Positions 1 through 13,124 of a stretch of 64,000 nt of DNA are shown piece by piece (the first letter of the stretch is position 1; each line of letters opens with the position of its first letter). A model generated the notes under the pieces. The model was not told the origin of the DNA. It saw only the letters and a list, made by a program, of their open reading frames with translations, and did not search any database. The stretch is from contig OZ024742.1 in assembly GCA_964016885.1 (NCBI GenBank), positions 158,596,001-158,660,000 on the forward strand, in the 5' to 3' direction. Both the position numbers and the translations under genes were made by a program. This stretch comes from Eledone cirrhosa. Taxonomy: Eukaryota.

Positions 1-2070
1 TTCCAATAACTTTAATAAAAACCTAGATACAAAATTATAATCTGGTATAATGCTCCTTTCTCCATCTCTATTAATAATAATATTCCTAAATTATTCTTTA
101 GTGCCTTAAATAAATGCTTCCCTCCCTCGCATATCTATAGTAAAATATTTAACAAACACTATAAAATGTTCCTATTCGACCTCCTCTAACACCTCCAACA
201 TTATCTCTAAACACAACAATAAAATACTAAATACTAAATCTCGTTCTTCCAACACTGAATATCATAATAATAGTAATAGTACTCCCGACGTCATTGTTAA
301 CTCTAGGCTAATTTCTGCAAACCCAAATACGACTTCAAACGCAACTTCGTTAAATGTTCTTAATCCCAATCTAAATCAAGAAACTATTATTCCTATCGTA
401 AATAACTTCTCCAATCCAGTTCCTTCTATAGATAACACTAGGTCACTTGTTAATAACTCTGTTAATTTCTCTAATCGCATTTGTAATTGCCCTGTTAAAA
501 ATAAATGTCCTCTCAACAACCATTGTCTTGAAAAAAAAGTTAATCTATGAATGTAAAGTTATAACTGACACAAATACCTTTACCTATTTTGGCTCCACTT
601 CCACCTCCTTTAAAGCTCGTCTTTATAATCATCATTCGTCTTTTAAATACCAACTTAAAAGAACCAACACGGCCCACTCAGAATTCATATGGTCCTTGAA
701 AGACAAATGTATTAACTATAACATCTCTTGGAGGAAAGTTTGTTCTGCCCCTTCATACTTGAATGCCTCTCTATCCAAAACATGTAATCTCTGTTTATGT
801 GAGAAATTTACCATTATATCTAATTTAGATTCTATAATAAATAGACGCACTGACTTATTTTCTCTCTATTTATCACTTCCTATTTATCACTTCCCTTTCT
901 TCCTTTTTCCTTTTTTTCTTTTAATTTCTAACCTCTAATCTGTACCTTTCCTTCCTAGATACTTCTCAAGACACATTATTAATCACCACAATCTATCCAG
1001 GCTTCCTTCTTCCATCCTATTACTGGCCATAAAACTTACTATTACCCTTTTAAATACTTTATAGTTCACCTTTAAAAATCCTTCGTAAACATAAACATTT
1101 TTTTTTTACGTTAGATTATTCATCCTCAATTCATTATTTTTTTCTCCCTTTCATGCTCGTCTAACTTTTACATATTACACATCACAATACATAAAAACAA
1201 ACTTAAACCCTAACTAATCTCCTTTATTACATTATATTATTAGCATTAGGAAATACTTCATAAACATACATATTTTGATGTTAAGGTCTTCTCCTTAAAC
1301 ACTATCTCCTTCTTTGCTTTCCGCGCTCATTTGTAAACAAACTATTTACATATATTACACATACATATTACATTACATAAAAACAAACTTAAACACTAAC
1401 TAAATTCATAATTCATCCACTCTTCTACTTCTTTTCACATTATATCCTTAATAATATTACTATTTTTATTTTAAAAATACATATCAACAATTTCTTTCCA
1501 TCGCACATATTATTAAACCCTTCAATATTCAAACCTTAATTTAATATTATTCTTAATACATATTAACAATTTCTTTTCATCGCACATATTATTAAACCCT
1601 TCAATATATAAACCTTAATTTAACATTATTCTTAATTTTTTCTCTTCGTTAATTTTCAAATTCTTTTAATTTATATATTATCTTCCAACGGTTTTTTTAA
1701 CCTCTCTCTGTAAAACAATATATTTTTCTCAGTTATAAAAGCTATCTCTCTCTTTCTATCACCCATCTCCCCTCCTATCTCATCCTTCCTTATTATACTC
1801 CTTCCCCTCCATTCCTTACTCTCATCTCCTCCTCTTTTTCATCCTTTCCAACGCCCCTCATTTTTTCCCAATATCACACATCAATGTTAAACTACTTTTC
1901 ATATGTTGATTTAAAACTGCACTATTCACGAGTGTTTTTTAGCCTTCATATCATGTCTTTTGATCTTATATCTTTTGATCTTATATTATTTATACTCCAG
2001 TCCTACAAACTGTAGAGTGCTACTTAACCGATATCTGCATTGCTTTATTGTACTACAATAAAACTCACCT

Positions 2071-2071
<1 letters not shown>
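1..2071 (+). mobile_element. 3' part of a Naiad-type Penelope-like retroelement (frameshifted thumb/linker/GIY-YIG remnant about 1-870, long AT-rich 3' region, tail ending at (TA)n)
   Basis: Translates IIWYNAPFS, CNCPVKNKCPLNNHC (CxC-x5-C-x5-C), LIYECKV..YFGSTSTSFKARLYNH..SF, SEFIWSLK, CNLCLCEKF. Same motifs as the element at 48410-49511. Confidence 0.85.
1477..1635. repeat. 79-bp tandem duplication (2 copies)
   Basis: atacatat.aacaatttcttt.catcgcacatattattaaacccttcaatat... at 1477 and 1556. Confidence 0.85.
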
Positions 2072-2139
<68 letters not shown>

Positions 2140-2146
2140 CAGGAAA

Positions 2147-2188
<42 letters not shown>

Positions 2189-2309
2189 TTTTTTGAATAT
2201 TAATAATAATATACGATTCGTTTGCAGTTATGCAAACAAGTTTCATTTTTAAAGCCATAATTGCAAACGAATCGAATGTTATTAATATTCGAAAAACTCA
2301 GATTACATT

Positions 2310-2350
<41 letters not shown>

Positions 2351-2351
<1 letters not shown>

Positions 2352-2401
2352 GCTTCCTGATGATTTCTCCCGAATGAAACAGTTCTAGTTCTGTAGAAGC
2401 C
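2351..2401 (+). ncRNA. Type I hammerhead ribozyme in a short PLE pLTR/tail fragment (2350-2486) between (TA)n tracts
   Basis: Stem I GGCTTC/GAAGCC, core CTGATGA, short stem II, GAAAC, stem III ACAG/CTGT, GTA cleavage triplet. Confidence 0.8.
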
Positions 2402-2524
2402 TTTTCTATATTAAATATTTATACGTGCTTTGTATTGAGTACCTTACTTACTGTGACTACCCCCGGTTTAACCCGGGATTGAACTTATATATATATATAT
2501 ATATATGTGTGTGGAGAGAGTGAG

Positions 2525-2581
<57 letters not shown>

Positions 2582-2746
2582 TAACGAGAGAACAATCATT
2601 AAAATCCCAACGCTGTGGCCAGTCACATTGGGATTTTACTTAAGGATATACTATAATTCGTATTAAACCTGAATATATACTTTGTCTATATCAAAACGAA
2701 GTAAGCAGTCTTTTAACACAAAATATATATATTGTATATGTATGTG

Positions 2747-2797
<51 letters not shown>

Positions 2798-2822
2798 GAA
2801 GTAATTCCGTCGGAAGGATTTT

Positions 2823-2880
2823 TTCATTCTGATGACTGAAAGCAAATTTGTTTGCTTTCAAGTAACCACTGGTAAATGAA
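2823..2880 (+). ncRNA. Degenerate type I hammerhead (GAAAC changed to GTAAC)
   Basis: Stem I TTCATT/AATGAA, CTGATGA, 10-bp stem II TGAAAGCAAA/TTTGCTTTCA, ACCACTGGT-A; one core substitution. Confidence 0.6.
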
Positions 2881-2930
2881 ATAATTATCTTATGTTGTTT
2901 ATTACATAACTATATATATATATATATATA

Positions 2931-3283
2931 AATTTAAGCATATGGCCCTTTAGATTATTCATAACATTAGCCCCAGTTGCATGTGCGACCATTTCTCTAT
3001 TCTGATCCTTATTTTGGGGTGTTCGTATGGCTTTGGTCCATCCATTCCATCTTCGCATGGGAGTCTTTTTAGCCATTGATCCCATGGGAAGATGGAATGG
3101 ATGAACCAAAGCCATACGGACACCCCAAAACAATGATCAGGTGAGAGAAATGCTCGCACATGCAATAGGGGCTAGTGTTCAAACTACCCTAAAGGGCCAT
3201 ATGTTTAAATTTAACGGAAAGATCTACACCCAGAATGAAGGAGCAGCCATTGGCGTCAGCATAGCTGGTGATGTTGCCAATAT
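2931..3283 (+). pseudogene. PLE reverse-transcriptase fragment with an inverted copy of itself upstream
   Basis: HMFKFNGKIYTQNEGAAIGVSIAGDVAN resembles the PLE RT motif B' region; 2931-3052 is an inverted copy of 3089-3212. Confidence 0.65.
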
Positions 3284-3394
3284 ATGTATGTATATATATA
3301 TAGCAAAAGAGGACCCCGACGCTGAGCTCCGACCGTTTCGACAGCAAGATCTGGTGCGTTACGATCCACATGGTATTTTACCACACCATCTTTG

Positions 3395-3432
<38 letters not shown>

Positions 3433-3501
3433 AGCATGGCGTCCAACCCTCTACCGATACTGAAAATTCACCGCACTTACAACTCTCTCCGCACCCCACC
3501 C

Positions 3502-3537
<36 letters not shown>

Positions 3538-3544
<7 letters not shown>

Positions 3545-4704
3545 CAAATGGAAACTATATTTATAAAACCATATTTATTTCCTTATACATATTTCAAGGA
3601 CACCAAGTTAAATTATGGTGTGCTTTCATCAGATAAAATATAAATATTTATATATTATAAAATATATTATAAAATATATATATTTCTCAGAAAAATATAT
3701 AAGTTTAAGGAAATTCCTATATCTTATACATAAAAAGTCCTTTATCTATGTGTATGGTATGTGTAGGTATATATATATATATTTATATGTATGTGTATGT
3801 ATGTGTGCGTACGTATATATATGAATATATTCTTTTAATAATATATGGGTTTTAATAATATATAGATTTTTAATAATATATAGATCTCAACTTTTAATGT
3901 ATAGATCTCAATAATTTGATGGATAATTTAATTGATAAACTAAACATTTAATCATATTTAAACACTGGTTAAAATTCATTTTCCATTCACGAGTATTTTC
4001 CATTCACGCTTATTTACTTATTTACTTTACTCATCCAAAAATATTTATTTTTTCACTTCATCTTAAAAGTTATGCTATTAAAACAACCTATCACTTAGGG
4101 CTTTCTCTTTCTCTTTCACTTTCTCTTTTCTCTTTTCTTTTTTTTCTTCTCTTTCTCTCTTTCTCTTTTTCTCGTTTTCTTATTTTCCTCTTAAAGCTGT
4201 TTTTTTTTCTCTCTCTCTTTTTCTTTTTTCTTTTTTCTTTTTTCTTTTTTCTTTTTTCTTTTTTCTTTTTTCTTTTTTCTTTTTTCTTTTTTCTTTTTTC
4301 TTTTTTCTTTTTTCTTTTTTCTCTTTCCCTCTCTCCATACCCCAACGGCTTATTTTAAATCTACTGTGATTTTAAAATATCCGACACTAATTTGCATAAT
4401 ATTATAAATAAATTTATAACCTCACTATCCGGGAGCTTCCAACAGAAATAGTCGCATTCTTTGAGGGTATGTCAATATTTATTTATAAAACTGATCTATA
4501 TTATATTTTATCTGATGAAAGCACACCATAATTTAAGTTGGTGTCCTTGAAATATGTATAATGAAATAAATATGGTTTTATAAATATAGTTTCCATTTGT
4601 TAATATATCGTGTTTTTACTCCAATAATTTGTTGAGTGCTTTATATCAGTTATAAAAATATTTGCTTGTTGTATCCCAACAATTTAAATAGATCTTCTAC
4701 ATTT
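3538..4704 (+). mobile_element. Non-coding PLE derivative: about 105-bp inverted 5' copy, pyrimidine-rich body, hammerhead and tail ending in (TA)n
   Basis: 3538-3642 is the reverse complement of 4501-4606; hammerhead at about 4505-4567; flanked by (TA)n. Confidence 0.7.
4505..4567 (+). ncRNA. Type I hammerhead-like motif with ATA triplet
   Basis: Stem I ATTTTAT/ATGAAAT, CTGATGA, stem II ACACCA/TGGTGT, GAAAT-ATGT-ATA. Confidence 0.6.
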
Positions 4705-4718
4705 ATATATATATATAT

Positions 4719-5409
4719 TAGAAAGTGAGGTTTTTTTTACAAAATGAAAAATAACCGAGGTGTCCTACACGAGTGGAAGTATAAAGAAAAAGAGATGAAA
4801 TCGAAAATGCAACTGAAGTCTTATTTTTTTTTTAAATATATATATTTATTTGGTTCCTTTACCGGTTTCGCAGTTCTTCTGTTTTTCAAAGGGTGAGTTG
4901 AGATGGAGGGTCTGTGGTTTTTCTCACATCTGGTTGGTCTCTGAATGTTACTTGTTTTATATGGAAAAAGTGGCTCGAAAGCCAGGTTTTTCGAGAAGTA
5001 ATTTGATTGGTTTGTCAATAATTATAATAAATTTCGCGCCAGTTCGCGTTACAATAGTTCTTCAAATAAGAGAGGGGGGGTTGTCACAGGTTGTTTTTTC
5101 ATATATGAGTGTATGAATTTCTTTTTACTTGAAAAAAGGAGGCTCACGAAGGCTTTTTTGGGTTGGTTATAAATGAAATTTGGCTGTCACGTGAACAAGT
5201 TTTCATTACATTTTTGCGCCCTTATTTGGAAAACTATTCTGTAGTCTTTATAGTGAATGTTATGACAATGGAGAGATAGTGGTCAAGGGAAAAGGGATTG
5301 GGAGAAATGTTCTGGTTCAGTGAATATGGCCAGCTGTCAGAGTTCAGGTGTCAGAGTTCAGATTTTCTATTGAGACTGAAGATATGTGTTTATTTGTGTG
5401 CTTGTGTGT

Positions 5410-5462
<53 letters not shown>

Positions 5463-6144
5463 TATTGGAAGATGATTCTATTAGTAGAGATGGGGGAGGG
5501 AGTTGTGTGTGTGTATGGGTGTTATGTGTGTGTGTGCGAGTATGTTAAGATGGAGAGAATATATATTTTGTGTGTGTGTATATATATGTGTGTGTAGGAA
5601 AGTGGTTCTATTAGTAGAAATGGGGAGGGAGTTGTAGGTGTGGGGGTTGTTATGTGTGTGTATGGGTGTTATGTGTGTGGGAGTATGGTTAGCATGTTAA
5701 GATGAAGAGAATATATATATATATATATATTGTGTGTGTGTATGTAGGAAAGTGATTCCTTTAGTAGGAATATTTTTGAATGAACATATTTTCCTGACTT
5801 TCGTGTTTGCTGTTGTATTGCCAGTGCAAACGTATGTTAAGGTTTATTTAGTTCGGGTTTTTATTTTCTAAAGTAGAAGGTGTTATGTGTGTGTGTGTAT
5901 GTCCTATTGTGGTGTTGACATAATGTATATTAAACCTTATTTAATGTTGGTCTATATTTTTGAATAAACATATTTTCCTTATTTATTCGCATTTGTTCTG
6001 TTGTATTGTTAGCGAAAAGGTAAAATGGGAAGACTTGGAATTTGGGTGTCTTATTACTTGCGCAAATGTCTAGATGTGCACTTAGTGGTATCTGTCTCGT
6101 GGTTGGATCTCGTAATTGTTGGCGATGAACTGTCATTCTATTTC

Positions 6145-6145
<1 letters not shown>
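4719..6145 (-). mobile_element. 3' remnant of a Neptune-like PLE (C-terminal half of GIY-YIG at 5930-6145 plus 3' region)
   Basis: [49 protein letters not shown]; degenerate TTGAAAA/GAAACCGGTA hammerhead-like motif on the minus strand near 4856-4893. Confidence 0.65.
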
Positions 6146-6682
<537 letters not shown>

Positions 6683-6707
6683 GGGGGTGGTTGCGGAGAG
6701 AGTTGTA

Positions 6708-6900
6708 AGGGCGGTGAATTGGCAGTATCGGTAGAGGGTTGAACGCCATGCTCTCTAGCATAGTTACGTCCCTTTACAGTCTGAGTTCAAATCCCGCCGA
6801 GGTTAACTTTGCCTTTCATCCTTACGGGGTCGATAAAATAAAGTACCAGTAACGTACTGGGTAATTGCTGGCCTTGTGCCAAAACTAGAAACAATTATTA
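6708..6900 (+). mobile_element. tRNA-derived SINE, family A (many copies in window)
   Basis: A-box-like TGGCAGTATCGG, B-box GAGTTCAAATCC, core GCCTTTCATCCTTACGGGGTCGATAAAATAAAGTACCAG (Nin/Deu-like by recall), tail GAAACAATTATTA. Confidence 0.85.
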
Positions 6901-7099
6901 AATCTACATTTTCGTTCATTAGAAAGATGTCTCCCTCTAAATTTTATATAATAAATAATTTCCTCACAATTACTGATCACTCTATCTTATCATAGACAAA
7001 ACGTACAACCACAATATTTGTCATAAATTCTGTGTCATGTAATATTGCTTCAATTATAATGAGTGAGTAATGAAAGTCAGAGTTGCAACATAAAGTAAT

Positions 7100-7285
7100 T
7101 GTTTCTACGTTTGGCACAAGGCCAGCAATTACCCAGTGCATACTGGTACTTTATTTTATCGACCCCGTAAGGATGAAAGGCAAAGTTAACCTCGGCGGAA
7201 TTTGAACTCAGAATGGCAAGGGTCGTAACTCTATACGTCAAATATGGCGTCCGACCCTCTACCAATACTGCCAATCCACCGCCCT
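7100..7285 (-). mobile_element. SINE family A with 21-bp target-site duplication
   Basis: AGAGTTGCAACATAAAGTAAT at 7079-7099 and 7286-7306. Confidence 0.9.
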
Positions 7286-7337
7286 AGAGTTGCAACATAA
7301 AGTAATGTCAGTAAAATATATATATTTATATATATAT

Positions 7338-7707
7338 CAGACCTGTCAACCGCTAAAACCCAAACGAGGAGTACCATGAGAAAAGTGCCCCAAAACATGG
7401 AGAAAAGAAGCAAAATGGGCAGATTTTATATAATGAAAGCTTTACCCATTTTCTCAAGAGAAGACCTGTCAACTCTCTCCGTCTGACCAGGAGATTTGCA
7501 AAGCTTTTGGGGTGGGTGAGAGATATCTTCTCTTGTGAAAATGGATATAGCTTTCATTATGTCCAGTAATGCACTGGGTAATTGCTGGCCTTGTGCCTAA
7601 AATAAAAACAATTATGTAAACTCTCTCAATTTTGTCTCATATCTCCCAGTTTGGGGGCCTTTTTTCATGGTACTTCCCGTTTGGGCTTTTAAAGGGTGAC
7701 AGGTCGA
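7338..7707. mobile_element. MITE with long imperfect TIRs, interrupted by a SINE 3' fragment (7563-7615)
   Basis: GACCTGTCAACC...CCCAAACG..GTACCATGA versus TCATGGTAC..CGTTTGGG...GGGTGACAGGTC; internal inverted pair about 7430-7465/7527-7560. Confidence 0.65.
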
Positions 7708-7787
7708 TGTGAGCGTTAATTGTGATCATCATAGCGATTTTCGACGATTTCGTCAAGAGTATATTAGTCTGCGTTGTAGACACGTAC

Positions 7788-7839
<52 letters not shown>

Positions 7840-7948
7840 ATGTATGGATAAAGAGAGAAAAAGAATACATACATACAACATACATACATACATACGTACA
7901 TACATACATACATACATACATACATACATACATACATACATACATACA

Positions 7949-7979
<31 letters not shown>

Positions 7980-9552
7980 GTGCGTGTGTGTACATTGCGT
8001 GTCTGTATATTTACGTTTAATATCTAACGTCTGTAAAAAGCTACCCGAATTTATTTTTTGTCTTCTTACATCGATAATATATATACCAATAGATTTAATT
8101 GATTATCTATTCACCTAAATTGTGTAACCTTGAGCCAGTTGTTATAATATGTATCAGTGTGATTCTTTATTGTCGTTTGTTTGTTTCATGTGTTTGGTGT
8201 TTCGTAGAAATCAATCTTCATTATTGGTAATGGTACTTTTGTTATTGCTTCAAAAGCACTGACAAACGAATACTAATTACTTTTACGAAAACTGAGCCAC
8301 GAGACGGTTCAATGGACCTAGAAAGTGTAGAAACAATATCTCCTTAAATAAAACCCTACCGTCTTAAAAAGCCCACCTTGGACCATATGGTAATGTGAGA
8401 TTTTAGAGTTACTATTCGCATTTTCAATAACCAAGAAACGATTGTTGGTTACTGGTTGTCTAAACTAATCGTAAGAGTAGCATGTCGCTCCAGAAAACCA
8501 ACAGCATTCTCGTCAGTTAGTAATTAAATCCAGATACACTTTCGTCATATCCAGAGAAAGTATATCATTCTAAACGTTGTGCACAATAAGAAATAGCCAT
8601 GCTCTTTTGGGCTTCATTGTGACTCATCTAGGCAGTATTCAAGACACTACTTTCAGAAGGGTTTTGACGATCCACAAGAGAGAGCCCCGCGTATTTGAAC
8701 GGCTATTTCAATGCTTGTCCTTTATTGTCGGGTGAGACCATGAGGCGGCTTACATCTGGAGTTCTGTCTAGGAATATTTTATTGTCGGAGTGGTGCTGGT
8801 GGTCTGTGCATTGTTCTTGATTCATTGTGTTACAATTCAGCAATTCATGTTTTTACAATCCAAGTCATGATATCAACATAGAATCTGATCGGGAGATAAA
8901 ACTAAAATACTTCCTATTCTATAGAAATTGGTGATATATATACATATAGATATATATATAGATATAGATATAAATATATATATGTTTATTTTATTAAGGC
9001 TAAATAATGAGTCGTGTTACTCAGCCGTCAAGCGCATACAGATATATATAATATATTCGTTCCTCAATGGTTTTGGAGTAATAAAGTAAATACATATATA
9101 AGTATATACATATGTGTAAGCTTGAGCCAGTTGTTATAATATGTATCAGTGTGATTCTTTATTGTCGTTTGTTTGTCTCATGTGTTTGGTAAATGTAATC
9201 TGAGTTTTTCGAATATTAATAATAACATTCGATTCGTCTGCAATTATGCAAACAAGCCCCATTTTTTGCAAACGAATCGAATGTTATTATTAATATTCGA
9301 AAAACTCAGATTACATTTATTGTATTCAGCCATGTAGAGCGAATTTTTTTTCTCATATATATGTATAATAAGGACAGACACTGGTCTGTTGGAGATGCAG
9401 GATATGGCAACGATAATGAGGGACAGAGACCGCTGGAGAGAACTCGTCCATGGATCTCGGGAATTTTACCCGCCTTAGATAGATAGATAGATATATATAT
9501 GTGGTGCATGTCTCTCTGACATGACACCCTTAATTTAATTTTATTTTATTTT

Positions 9553-9606
<54 letters not shown>

Positions 9607-10788
9607 GGCGCTTTAATTGTTGAGCTAACTCAGTTGAAAGGACTCGACTGTTATTTCTAGTTGTCGATAACCCTATTCACGCCACTGAGATGAAGCTGGT
9701 ACAATATGTGTATTTTTGAAAAGTGCAACACGTGCTACTAGTCAATCGCAGATTTGAATTTGCTGCATAAACACAGACAGTTAAGACTTCTTCCTTGTTG
9801 AAAATCCGAAATTTGGCTACTGTGGTTTACCGAACGATTGATGGTGAAATATATTTGTTTGATGAAATATATAGAAGGAAGATTAATCCATTTATAAGGT
9901 ATCTATTTTTAAAGTTCTAGTTAAACTTTAATTAGTTACCTACATAGCTATGTGTGCTTACACACTTTTACAAATTATTCCCTGTGATTGTTTCATATGT
10001 TTATTTTAGATATACATATATATATATATATGTCAATCAATTTCTAGTTTATATATATATATACACGTGGTAGCTTAGTAAAATCGAAGCTCTGGCTGCG
10101 GCCAAGCAAAGTCGACCTACAATTAGGAATGCGTAGCTAAACACTCAATAAGGGTAGGTCCTTAGAGTAATAACATTACGTTTAGATAGCTTGACAAATT
10201 GAAAATTGCGGCAGGCTAAACCCAACCATACAATACCAAAACAACGAAAAAACTAATCAGGTTAGACAACCGACCTGGACAAATCGAACGATATTCTGCA
10301 ATACGTCCGATATGTTTCTATGAATCCGAAATCATCAATCCAACTTACGTAACACGTAAGCTTATGGTATTCCATGATCGAAGAGGGGCTTCACTTCATC
10401 GACAGGTATTTCGTTCTAGGCCTCAAACCGGTGTGAACTGTAACTCAATGCGACCGCTACAATAGATAGCCTTCAGTCATTTCGTTGTCACGTGTTATTT
10501 CCAACAAGGGAAGTAACCCCCGGTTTTGGGCGGGTAAATTCAAAGGAAAATAATTCCACTCAACGTGAATAGGGTTATCGACAAGTAAGTATGTTTTGAA
10601 ACAGCGAGCAAGTTTGAAATTAGAAAATAGAAGCTTTCACCGTATTTTTTTACTAAAGAAATTTTAGCCTGATAGTGGGGTTTAAAACCCTCAGAGAAAT
10701 GGAAAAAGATGAGAATTGACGTACATGTACGTCAATACTCATCTGTTTCCATATCCCACTATCAGGGTAAAATTTCTTTAGTCAAAAG

Positions 10789-10871
<83 letters not shown>

Positions 10872-11562
10872 CTTCAATCAGAAATAATTCGCATCCTGAT
10901 AGTATGATAGTTTATCACTGAGAATATTTGCACAAGGTATTTTAGTTATTCATCGCGGTGACACAAAAAAATCTAATATTGAATTCTTCGCACAACTATT
11001 GTGCAGTGACACGCATGGTCTCTGGAAGTAAAATGATGTTCGTCTAGGCAGCATTTGAAACGTTAAACAGATCGTATCGAAATATGCACTGCCTCAAATA
11101 TACAATTACAAAACATAACACATTCTATCGACAGCCGATATCACTTCAACTCCAATTGCAGTATCTTTTTTTTTTCTATCGTTCTTTTTCAGTATGTCTA
11201 TGTAGATATAAACTCAGTGAGTACCTTTAATAATAGCCTTTAGTATTTTGAATTATTTTTCTATAAACCATGTTGACATTTAGCTTGATGCAGACGATGT
11301 ATCTTAAAAAGAAGAAAACAATATTTAAATATATCACTCTCGAAAAAATATTCTGTTAGAATATTTGGAGGTAATTGGATTGTTCAGTGATTCGGAATTT
11401 CTATGTACTTCATTCTGATAGACTCTGTTAACAGTATTTAGAATGAAGGACGTGTATCTTTCTCAAATTCTCTTTCTCTGTGATACAGATTTGGCAAGTT
11501 CTTCCATTGTTTAGTAGTGAAAATAACTACAGCTACAACTATTGAATCACGTTTTATATATA

Positions 11563-11593
<31 letters not shown>

Positions 11594-11597
<4 letters not shown>

Positions 11598-11790
11598 TTA
11601 GTATAGATGAGATTCTACAGGACTAGAACTGTTTCATTCTTTAGAAATCAATGATTCCTGATGATTTCTAAAGAATGAAACAGTTCTAGTCCTGTAGAAA
11701 CTCATCTATACTAAAACTTTTATACTCTGCAATGTATTGCGTACCTTACTTACTGTGGTTACCTCGGATTCAACCCGGAATAACGTATTT
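11594..11790 (+). mobile_element. Miniature PLE-tail insertion: 57-bp inverted copy, type I hammerhead (11653-11701) and tail, within (TA)n; same family as 2350-2486
   Basis: GATTC CTGATGA tttctaaagaat GAAACAG ttctagtc CTGTA GAAAC; 11594-11650 is the reverse complement of 11662-11718. Confidence 0.8.
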
Positions 11791-12005
11791 TATATATATA
11801 TATATATATATAAGGATTTATATATAAAGTCATAGATATATATGTGTTTTGCAACCGGTCACGTTGTGGCTCAATGAGAAATTAATAAATTAAATTAAAT
11901 AATCAGAGCTATATATCATAAAATATGTCTTTAGAATCATTAGATATAATATATAGCATTGGTAATGGTATATATTATATCTAGTGATTCTAAAGACATA
12001 TTTCA

Positions 12006-12066
<61 letters not shown>

Positions 12067-12540
12067 TGTGTATATGTGTGTATATCTGGGTGCCTGTGTA
12101 TGTGCATGTGGACGCGTGCGTAGATGTATATCTATATATACAAAATTAACTTAAGGTTGTCATGTCTGAGAGACATGCGCCATATACACTGAAGAATAAG
12201 CTCAAAGATTCCAATGAATAGATCCGAGTATTTTATATCAACTGGAAATAGATTGACTCATATATATATAAAATAAACACATGAAACAATCTCAGGGAAT
12301 ATTTGTAAAGTGTGTAAGGACACATAGCTAGGTAGGTAACTAATTAAAGTTTAACTAGAACTTCAAATATAGATTAATCATTTTAAAAGGTATCTATATT
12401 TGAAGTTCTAATTAAACTTTACTTAGTTACCTACATAGCTATGTGTGCTTACACACTTTACAAATTATTCCCTGAGATTGTTTCATGGGTTTATTTTATA
12501 TATATATGTGTCAATCTATTTCTAGTTGATATATATATAC

Positions 12541-12960
12541 ATATAAGTATGTATACAGACGCACAGTAGTATGTATATATATACATACATGCACACATAT
12601 ATATATATGTACGTATGGGTTTACCAAACATTTATTATAATGTTCGGTTTGTTTGTAAACAAACAGCCCTAATTACGCCGTACAGTGTTCGGCAACCATC
12701 GTTGCCCTTTTGTTCAACACTGACAAAGGAACGATGAACTAGTTTCAAGCTTATTAGCTATCGTCAGCAGCGTATACCTTCTTGTCAGATGATTGAACGT
12801 TTGAAAGTATATACTTTCCTTATGCATATTATGGTAATTTGCATATCGAGTGAGTTAGTCGAGTGAGCGTACCGAAAACGATAAATGGAAAGGAATGAAA
12901 CGAAATTTCATTTCTCACTCTTAGTACGGCTGATACTTAAATATAAGTATGTATACATAC
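12541..12960 (-). mobile_element. Older copy of the about 417-bp hammerhead (retrozyme-like) family seen at 43951-44833
   Basis: Colinear homology including ACTAGTTTCAAGCTTATTAGCTATCGTCAG; triplet and stem I are decayed. Confidence 0.8.
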
Positions 12961-13039
12961 ATACATACATGTAAAACCACACTGTCATACCAAGGGCAAT
13001 ATATCTGGTGCCTGTGCACATTAATATACTGGTCAACGA

Positions 13040-13124
<85 letters not shown>

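Noticed and set aside
4091-4345. Lys/Arg/Glu-rich ORF
   Set aside because: Reverse translation of a (TTTTTTC)n low-complexity tract.
6708-6800. tRNA genes
   Set aside because: A/B boxes belong to SINE heads; no complete cloverleaf.
10303-10345. Minus-strand hammerhead-like TTGATGA...GAAACATATC
   Set aside because: Core and stems are too decayed to call.
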